Source of the DNA: Octopus bimaculoides
Lineage: Eukaryota
Assembly: GCF_001194135.2 (NCBI RefSeq)
Contig: NC_069002.1
Span: 1,100,670-1,164,669 of the forward strand
Length of the DNA stretch: 64,000 nt
Direction of reading: 5' to 3'
This document shows positions 55,021 through 64,000 of this stretch, piece after piece. The notes below the pieces were generated by a model that had not been told where the DNA came from, did not search any database, and saw only the letters and a list, made by a program, of their open reading frames with translations. Position 1 is the stretch's first letter. Every line of letters starts with the position of its first letter. The translations under genes and the position numbers were made by a program.

Positions 55021-55323
55021 CTGTCTCTCTTCCTATATATGCATATATACATTATATACTTACATATAAAGGCATATACGCCAGACCCAGAGACACAGAG
55101 AAATAGATACATCAAGATAGAAATGTATCACTAACAATTTATATAATTATTNNNNNNNNNNNNNNNNNNNNNNNNNNNNNNNNNNNNNNNNNNNNNNNNN
55201 NNNNNNNNNNNNNNNNNNNNNNNNNNNNNNNNNNNNNNNNNNNNNNNNNNNNNNNNNNNNNNNNNNNNNNNNNNNNNNNNNNNNNNNNNNNNNNNNATAT
55301 ATATATATATATATATATAGTTT

Positions 55324-55750
55324 CTACCGTACTGAAGCAGATTCATTTGCATATCTATCGAAGGCTTTAGTGTTTATCTTAATATTTTTGACAGCTCTGG
55401 CTTTCTTTTCTGCCCTTTCCTTTTCATGGGGTTGTCTGACTTCATTTTCGATCTTGAGCAATGTTTGTTTGAGGTAGGATCGTTTCTTATCCTTTAGTGA
55501 CCCATTGAGACGATTTCAGATTTTTGCTCGCCGTCTCATTAGAATCCTCCAATCCCTGGGTACTACATCTTTCTGCTGGCTTGGTATTTTCTCTGGAGCA
55601 AACTCACTACATATGTTATGCATGATTGTCATAACGTGTGGTAGCTTTATGTCAATATCTTGCGTAGAGAGACTGGCAGACCAGTTATATTCCATGACCT
55701 CTTTGTATGAATATTTTCGTTATGAAATTAAATCTGGAAACATCCGATGA
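55324..55750 (-). mobile_element. CR1-type LINE ORF2 fragment (endonuclease-RT linker), one in-frame stop
   Basis: Minus strand reads MHNICSEFAPEK...VVPRDWRILMRRRAKI*NRL...LLKIENEVRQPHEKERAEKKARAVKNIKINTKAFDRYANESASVR, matching the CR1 linker pattern E..A...IK.N.K.FY.YA. Confidence 0.7.
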
Positions 55751-56292
55751 ATAAAGAACTTCATTTATATTTCACAATATATCTATTATGGCGTTTAATA
55801 AAATATCGTACGCTGATTTCAAAGTTTAGCCTGGCTGCATTTTGAAGCGGTTCAAGTATAATTGATTACGCCTATATTCGTTTTAGTTCCTGCAGGATAG
55901 ATACGAAAAATTCCTCTTAAAATGGAAAAGGAATATATACAAAACAGATTGACGGGAAGTATATTATATTAAACATGAACGGCGGGGCGATGTTGATGGG
56001 TTTAACGGAGCAATTAAAGATGGATGAGAAATGGGGGATATATCTAATACTAGGATTTAAAAAATAATTATAAGAGATTAAAATACGGATATTTATATGC
56101 GGAGAAAATTTGTTACGTTTCAAAATGAATGTTTTAAATGAAAAAGGAATTACATATATAAGCTTTAGTTTCGTATAAGCGATATAAATATGAATTAAGT
56201 ATATTGTATAACACATTTATTGGTGTTTTAATGATGGAGTTTCTTCTTCTTCTTCTTCTTGTCATCATCTTTATCATCATCATCATCGTTAT

Positions 56293-56503
56293 GCGCGAGC
56301 TGGCAGAATCGTAAGCACGTCGGATAAAATGTTTGACAGCCTTTCTTCTGTTTTTTTGTGTTGAGTTCAAATTCCGTCGAGTTCTTATTTTATGGTTCCG
56401 TTTAGGATGGATAAAATAAGCATCAATTAGCAGTGCAGGCGATGTAATCAGCGTCCATCTTCCCCTTAAATTTTCTGGCCTTGTGACAAAATTTGAAACC
56501 ATT
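56293..56503 (+). mobile_element. tRNA-derived SINE, family A, diverged full length
   Basis: GCGAGCTGGCAGAATCGTAAGCAC, GAGTTCAAATTCCG, and 3' CTGGCCTTGTGACAAAATTTGAAAC. Confidence 0.75.
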
Positions 56504-56556
56504 CTCTCTCGTTGGTGTTCGAGCTGAAAAATTGCTGGAAAAAACGCCCTAAAGTA

Positions 56557-56713
56557 TTCTTTTCTACTCTGGGGGAGGGGGCTAGTCGATTAGATCGAAC
56601 CCAGTTCGCAACTGGTACTTAATTTATCGTTCCCGAAAGGATGAAAGGTAAAGTCGACCTCGGCAGAATTTGAACTGAGAGCGTAAAGACAGACGACTAC
56701 TCCCTAAAGCATT
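56557..56713 (-). mobile_element. tRNA-derived SINE, family A, convergent with the previous copy
   Basis: GGGGAGGGGGCTAGTCGATTAGATCGA...TGGTACTTAATTTATCG..CCCGAAAGGATGAAAGG.AAAGTCGACCTCGGCAGAATTTGAAC. Confidence 0.85.
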
Positions 56714-58567
56714 ACTGTAGCTTTAAGGGCGACGCTATCACATTTGTATTAGTTCTTCAGAAAATTTCATAAGAACACGAACCTTATATAAGACTATTTC
56801 TAGCTATAACTTTTTTGCTGTTGGCTCTTTCATGCAATATGCCAGTTGCTGTTAAATTTAGACTTTTCTAATTGATATTGATAATATTGTAGGGCTTGTC
56901 ACCATTGTTGATCTTGTCCTGTATTCTATCATTATCAATTTTAATACTGTGTACACTTTCAATTTATAAGTGTAATTTATACATTTATTTGTTATTATTA
57001 ATATGAAATTTTGATCTTGAAAAGTAGCCCTTTTTTAATATTGTCTCTGATTTTAGTTTTTATTTAACTGTTTTTAGATTTTTTTCCCAGCTTTTCTTTT
57101 TTTAAATGTAAAATATAGCGCAAGAATTGGACATTTGCTTCCTGCTACAAACACGTGAATGCACACATTTATACGCAGATACACGCTGCTCAGATATATG
57201 CATACACACACACACACATACACATACACACATATAAATAACCATATTTCATGCGAATCAAACGATGACAAAAATATATATAAATTCAAAGTTAAAATTT
57301 TAAAATTGACAAAAAGGTGTAAAATTAAAAAAAATATAAAATGTTAGAAAATGGTTAATTCACTGATTGAGAAAAATAAAATAAGAATGGGAGTGGTTTG
57401 AGGGTTGGTGTTGTTGTGACGATGCCAAGCAAAGAATTAAGGTGGTTTTTCACAGTGAATTCTTTGATACGTTAAACAACATTCTGCTTTCAATTTTATA
57501 CTCACTTTCACAGGAAATGGTCACAGTAATTCCGAGAAGAAGAAGAAGAAGAAGAAGAAGAAGAAAAAGAAGAAGAAGAAGAAGAAGAAGAAGAAGAAGA
57601 AGAAGAAGAAGAAGAAGAAGAAGAAGAAGAAGAAGAAGAAGAAGAAGAAAGAGACAGTCTCTATGATGTGTGATTCTTTAAATTTGATTTCAAAAACCGA
57701 TTTTTGAGAAATTGAATTTTCTTGTTATAATATGACAAGCTTTGAATTCTAGTTGAAATACGACGACAATTTGACTTTAGACAAGACACTTCTAGAAAAC
57801 TATGTTTTACAAAATATTTTTCTAATGTTGTTATTTTATTATTTATTGTCTTTGAAAAGTTAAAGTGAATAAAACAAATATATCAAAAATAAAAGGAATT
57901 ATTATCCAATATTCCATAACTACTGATGTTCTGTTTGTTTCATATTTCCTAGCATTTTATCGTTTTGTATTTTTTATTAAGTTTGTTGTAGTTTTCGCTG
58001 TCTATACGTATACACACATATAAAGATACACACACACACACACGCACACACACAAATACACAAACACACACTCATATATATGTATATATATATAATTTTT
58101 AAGTATGTATATATGTATGTGTATGCAAGCACATATACATATTCATATAAATATACAAATTTACGTAGCTGATGTTGTCTGACTCGATGAGACAGGCTAA
58201 TGAAAAATGAAAGGTAAAACACAACATAATGCAATATACCATAATATATGATATATTTCAATATGATATAATGGTGAAATAAAAGCCAAGCAAAACGTTA
58301 TCCTCCAAAGACTTACNNNNNNNNNNNNNNNNNNNNNNNNNNNNNNNNNNNNNNNNNNNNNNNNNNNNNNNNNNNNNNNNNNNNNNNNNNNNNNNNNNNN
58401 NNNNNNNNNNNNNNNNNNNNNNNNNNNNNNNNNNNNNNNNNNNNNNNNNNNNNNNNNNNNNNNNNNNNNNNNNNNNNNNNNNNNNNNNNNNNNNNNNNNN
58501 NNNNNNNNNNNNNNNNNNNNNNNNNNNNNNNNNNNNNNNNNNNNNNNNNNNNNNNNNNNNNNNNNNN

Positions 58568-58635
<68 letters not shown>

Positions 58636-59502
58636 TGCGTGTAAATACATATGTATTACTAGGAAACGTAGAGGAAGAGCAAAATCGACGATAATAATGG
58701 CAGCCATGACGAAGTGAAAAACATTAACCGTAACAGCAACAACAAAGACAGCAATGACAGCTAGAATTACATTTATCCTCGTTAAGAACGAATCTTAATC
58801 TTACCCTTAACCCAATCCGGCACCTTCATTCCACTTTTCCCTTTATCCTCGCCTTCTTTTGATTGAAAAATCAACAAGAATAGAGTTGCAACAACATCAA
58901 CGACAACAACAACAATAATAAAAATACCAATGATTACAAAAAGAACAAAATTATCTACAAAAATTGAGTTGAATGTCTACAAGATCCAGCAATACTAAGA
59001 GGAAGAACAACATTGAAAATAACGGCAGCAAGAACAAGAAGAACAAAAGTGCTCATCACTGACATTTAAATGCAACAAGAAAGAAAAATAACTTCATCAT
59101 CATTATCATCATCATCATCATCATCATCTCTAGCAATAAGAACAACATCAAGACGAAGATGACGGTGACGTGAACAACAGCAGTAACATCAATAATACTG
59201 TCATTATATCAAAAGAAATCATCAGAAACAAAGAATGTGTGTGTGTTCTTCAGTGTTAAGATGTCTCTCGTCATCAGCATCATCGTCATCATTATCATCG
59301 TCATCGTCATAATCATCATCGTTGTCATCAACACGACGATGGTCATCATCGTCGTACTTCTTGTGATGAACATGAAGTTGATGATGATGATGATGATGAT
59401 CATTCGCTTTCTTCTCATCCTCCTACTCATCCTCATCACCATCATCTTCACCATAAACAGAGAGAGAATGAAAAAACTTGTAGATTTAGCGGTCAAGCAT
59501 GA

Positions 59503-59551
<49 letters not shown>

Positions 59552-59561
59552 TACATACACA

Positions 59562-59690
59562 CGATGGGCTTCTTTCAGTATCCGTCCACCAAATCCATTC
59601 ACAAAGCTTTGGTCAGCCCGAATCTAATGGGACTGAACCAGGAATCATGTCATTCGGAAGGTAGCTTCATACCACACAGCCACACATGCA
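59562..59690 (-). mobile_element. tRNA-derived SINE, family B, internally deleted
   Basis: GGGCTTCTTTCAGT..CGTCCACCAAATCCA.TCACAAAGCTTTGGTCAGCCCGA, then GGGACTGAACC...ACCACACAGCCAC. Confidence 0.75.
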
Positions 59691-60017
59691 TCGATTTCTA
59701 AACATCTTATATATGTCAAATCTCATGGCAAAGAATGAAGAATCATCTGGAGATTGATAGCATTTGGGAGATGAAACTTGACTGTTAGGTGATTACAGAC
59801 CGTGTGTTTTAAAGCAAAGCAATTTCAGCTTAGAAGACACAATATTCGCTATGGAATAACGCAAAAATGGTATCTACTGAAACGGAGGTTGTCACACGAT
59901 ATTAGCGAAGACCACAATTTCTTTCTGCGTGTTTTGAAATGGCCTTTGATGACGGGCTGAGTGCGGGCCGAGCAACAAGTACTATCACTAGTTATTACTA
60001 GTGTCATAACTACCACC

Positions 60018-60060
<43 letters not shown>

Positions 60061-60061
60061 T

Positions 60062-60095
<34 letters not shown>

Positions 60096-61236
60096 GCTAC
60101 TACTACTACTACAAGGATATTGATGACAATAACAACGGCACTCACATCAACAGAAGCAGCTTAGAAATCCCGTACTTCAGCACCAAAGCCATCAACACCA
60201 ACTCGCACCACTAAAACACCACCACCAACAGCGCACCACCAACTACAACAGCAACACCAACAGCACCGCCATCTATAATACCAACACCACAAAGAGTATC
60301 ACCATCGTTACCAACACCAAGAAGAACAGCAGCAACATGACAAACCAGGTAGAACGACAGATAAACATTGATAGAATCCCAGCGGATGGACAAGTCAACT
60401 TATTCGATTGAAAATTTAATTTTGTACAGGTTGCCGTTTTGTTTTAAGTTTAGAAGTTATCGTCCTGATTGTTGTTGTTGCTATTCATGTTGTTGTGCAT
60501 CTTGTCGATGTTGCTCTGGCTTTTGATGTAGTGACTGTTGTTTTTTGCTGTTGCCGCATTTTGTTTTTTGAAAAATGGTGGGTCTGTTACAATCCAAATT
60601 TAGACAGCAGTTGGCACCAACTAGATATTGGAATTTCAGAAACGCATTTAATCACACACCCGCCCACACACACACACGCGCGGTCGAGCGTGGGGGCGCG
60701 GAGGAACGCATTGAGCCAAGCTTTTAAAAATTTTATAAGTGTAAAGCACATACATGTATTGCGATATACATTATCGGGAAAGCAGACAGTCGTATACACA
60801 CACACACACACTCTCTCTCTCTCTCTCTCTGTATATATATATATATATATATNNNNNNNNNNNNNNNNNNNNNNNNNNNNNNNNNNNNNNNNNNNNNNNN
60901 NNNNNNNNNNNNNNNNNNNNNNNNNNNNNNNNNNNNNNNNNNNNNNNNNNNNNNNNNNNNNNNNNNNNNNNNNNNNNNNNNNNNNNNNNNNNNNNNNNNN
61001 NNNNNNNNNNNNNNNNNNNNNNNNNNNNNNNNNNNNNNNNNNNNNNNNNNNNNNNNNNNNNNNNNNNNNNNNNNNNNNNNNNNNNNNNNNNNNNNNNNNN
61101 NNNNNNNNNNNNNNNNNNNNNNNNNNNNNNNNNNNNNNNNNNNNNNNNNNNNNNNNNNNNNNNNNNNNNNNNNNNNNNNNNNNNNNNNNNNNNNNNNNNN
61201 NNNNNNNNNNNNNNNNNNNNNNNNNNNNNNNNNNNN

Positions 61237-61287
<51 letters not shown>

Positions 61288-61660
61288 AAAAGGTAGATAT
61301 GCAGAGAGATTAATGATAAGGTAGATACTGAAACGAGTGAAACGAATGCAAATACTTCCCCACATATATTTTTTATACAAATATGCATCGATCCATTAAC
61401 TTCATGTATGTATCTCCCCCTCTCTCTATATATGTATATATCATTTAAATTGTTTATTTAAGCAGGAATCCGTGCAGGGAAAAATATATGGTCATAGTTT
61501 GAAGTTTTATCAAGTGTATGAGAAGGTGCTTTAAGAGTTGAGTAAATTTGTAACGAAATTTGTTATTGTATCCAGAAGCAAATAACTATCGGCAGCCATT
61601 TTACATTTACATCTAATATTACAACAACAATAACAACAACAACAATTACGATAATATTGG

Positions 61661-61868
61661 CTTCTAATTTTTGTGCAAGGCCAATCATTTCGGGAGAGCG
61701 GATAAGTCGATTAGATCGACCCCAGTGTTCAACTGGTACTTATTTTATCAACCCCGAAAGGACGAAACGTAAAGTTGACATCGGCTGAATTTGAAATCAG
61801 AGTGTATCGACGGACGAAATGGCGCTAAGCGTTTATCCGTGTTACAAAACATCTCTGCCAGCATGCTG
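61661..61868 (-). mobile_element. tRNA-derived SINE, family A (first of a tandem pair on the + coordinate)
   Basis: AGTCGATTAGATCGACCCCAG...ACTGGTACTTATTTTATCAACCCCGAAAGGA...CTGCCAGC. Confidence 0.8.
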
Positions 61869-61873
61869 GATCT

Positions 61874-62004
61874 GATTTTATCAATCCCGAAAGGATGAAT
61901 TGTAAAGTCGACCCTGGTGGAATTTGAATTCAGAACGTACTGGCGGACGAAATACCACTAAACATTTTGTCCGATGTACAAAACAACTCAGCCAGCTCGC
62001 TGTC
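61874..62004 (-). mobile_element. tRNA-derived SINE, family A, 5' part (second of the tandem pair)
   Basis: TTTTATCAATCCCGAAAGGATGAA...AAAGTCGACC...AATTTGAATTCAGAACGTA...GCCAGCTCGC. Confidence 0.8.
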
Positions 62005-62054
62005 ATATAACAGTAATAATAATAATAATGATAATAATAATAATAATAATAATA

Positions 62055-62130
62055 ATAATTAATTCGTTTTATTGGCCACAAGGGCTAATATCAATTAAAG
62101 ACATATAAGGACAAAGACAGGACGAAGGTT
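62055..62130 (-). mobile_element. Tail family T 3' tip on the minus strand with (ATT)n tail
   Basis: Minus strand GCCCTTGTGGCCAATAAAACGAATT, then (ATT)n. Confidence 0.55.
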
Positions 62131-63066
62131 ACAAAAGGTTTTGTCCGAAAAGGTAGGAAAGTTCGTCTAATAATAATAACGATAATATCATGTGTATATC
62201 TACATGCGCATGATCTCCTGTATATATNNNNNNNNNNNNNNNNNNNNNNNNNNNNNNNNNNNNNNNNNNNNNNNNNNNNNNNNNNNNNNNNNNNNNNNNN
62301 NNNNNNNNNNNNNNNNNNNNNNNNNNNNNNNNNNNNNNNNNNNNNNNNNNNNNNNNNNNNNNNNNNNNNNNNNNNNNNNNNNNNNNNNNNNNNNNNNNNN
62401 NNNNNNNNNNNNNNNNNNNNNNNNNNNNNNNNNNNNNNNNNNNNNNNNNNNNNNNNNNNNNNNNNNNNNNNNNNNNNNNNNNNNNNNNNNNNNNNNNNNN
62501 NNNNNNNNNNNNNNNNNNNNNNNNNNNNNNNNNNNNNNNNNNNNNNNNNNNNNNNNNNNNNNNNNNNNNNNNNNNNNNNNNNNNNNNNNNNNNNNNNNNN
62601 NNNNNNNNNNNNNNNNNNNNNNNNNNNNNNNNNNNNNNNNNNNNNNNNNNNNNNNNNNNNNNNNNNNNNNNNNNNNNNNNNNNNNNNNNNNNNNNNNNNN
62701 NNNNNNNNNNNNNNNNNNNNNNNNNNNNNNNNNNNNNNNNNNNNNNNNNNNNNNNNNNNNNNNNNNNNNNNNNNNNNNNNNNNNNNNNNNNNNNNNNNNN
62801 NNNNNNNNNNNNNNNNNNNNNNNNNNNNNNNNNNNNNNNNNNNNNNNNNNNNNNNNNNNNNNNNNNNNNNNNNNNNNNNNNNNNNNNNNNNNNNNNNNNN
62901 NNNNNNNNNNNNNNNNNNNNNNNNNNNNNNNNNNNNNNNNNNNNNNNNNNNNNNNNNNNNNNNNNNNNNNNNNNNNNNNNNNNNNNNNNNNNNNNNNNNN
63001 NNNNNNNNNNNNNNNNNNNNNNNNNNNNNNNNNNNNNNNNNNNNNNNNNNNNNNNNNNNNNNNNNN

Positions 63067-63177
<111 letters not shown>

Positions 63178-63280
63178 GTATATACATAAACAAAATATAT
63201 ATAAATAAAAATGCCTGTGTGCATACATATGTATACAAACTTTATATATGTACATATATATGTATATATATGTGTGTGTG

Positions 63281-63324
<44 letters not shown>

Positions 63325-63689
63325 GTTTGTCTATATGTATGTATATATAAAACTACTAACAATGACTGATGTATACAACGGAAATGTAGATGTTGAAATT
63401 AATCATTTGGTTATATGTTTCCGCAGTTGTGTTGTTGTTGTTGATGTTATTTTTAATGTTGTTGCTGCCTTTGTTAATGTTCTTTCCATCTCGCAAGAAC
63501 AGGCAGAACCAAATATATATCAGCCCTGTGGGAACATACCTATAAGATGTACCTTCCTTAAATATTCCATCTTTTATTCCAATGCAGCTTATCAAAAGTT
63601 ACATTAAATAATGTCTCCTTATTTTAATTTTAAAGGTAATTACGACGAATAGGTTCCACAGAATCAATATGCGATGGAACCAAGTGTCA

Positions 63690-63745
63690 TACGACTTTCA
63701 CTTACGGCTCTTTTCCTTCTGAGTTCAAATTGTGACGCGGTCACA
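63690..63745 (+). mobile_element. Family A SINE B-box fragment
   Basis: TTCTGAGTTCAAATT..GACGCGGTCAC. Confidence 0.35.
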
Positions 63746-63886
63746 TATACAATTTAATTTGGCAGTCTTGTTATAAAAATCTGTTTCTTTTTCCGATGAT
63801 AAACATTTATTTTCAGGGTAATTACGTAATTGAAGACATTTTAACAGTTTTACATATATAAATATGCACAACTAAACGTGAGTGTG

Positions 63887-63940
<54 letters not shown>

Positions 63941-63967
63941 CGTACATATATATATACACATATTTGG

Positions 63968-64000
<33 letters not shown>

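Overview
Eukaryotic, AT-rich, gene-poor window from a gapped short-read assembly. It has 18 N-gaps totalling about 6.1 kb, almost all bounded by microsatellites. The SINE families and the extreme (AT)n/(AC)n/(AG)n/(AGAT)n/(ATT)n/(GAA)n density point to an octopus/coleoid genome (inference from recall, not searched). No protein-coding gene could be identified by recognisable homology. Nearly every ORF in the supplied track is a microsatellite or N-gap artefact. What is supportable: (1) about a dozen copies or fragments of a tRNA-derived SINE family ('family A'), plus copies of two or three other tRNA-SINE families; (2) three decayed CR1/L2-type LINE ORF2 fragments on the minus strand; (3) several LINE-type 3' tails that end in (ATT)n arrays; (4) a ~480-bp fold-back (palindromic MITE-like) element; (5) a minimal hammerhead-ribozyme motif of the kind associated with Penelope-like elements; (6) a probable pogo/Tigger-like transposon relic; (7) a few unverified candidate exons, the best being a signal-peptide-like exon at 10452-10511. 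I found no clear novel multi-gene system. The most interesting signals are RNA-structural (the hammerhead, long hairpins and inverted SINE pairs) plus a SINE split by an inversion.
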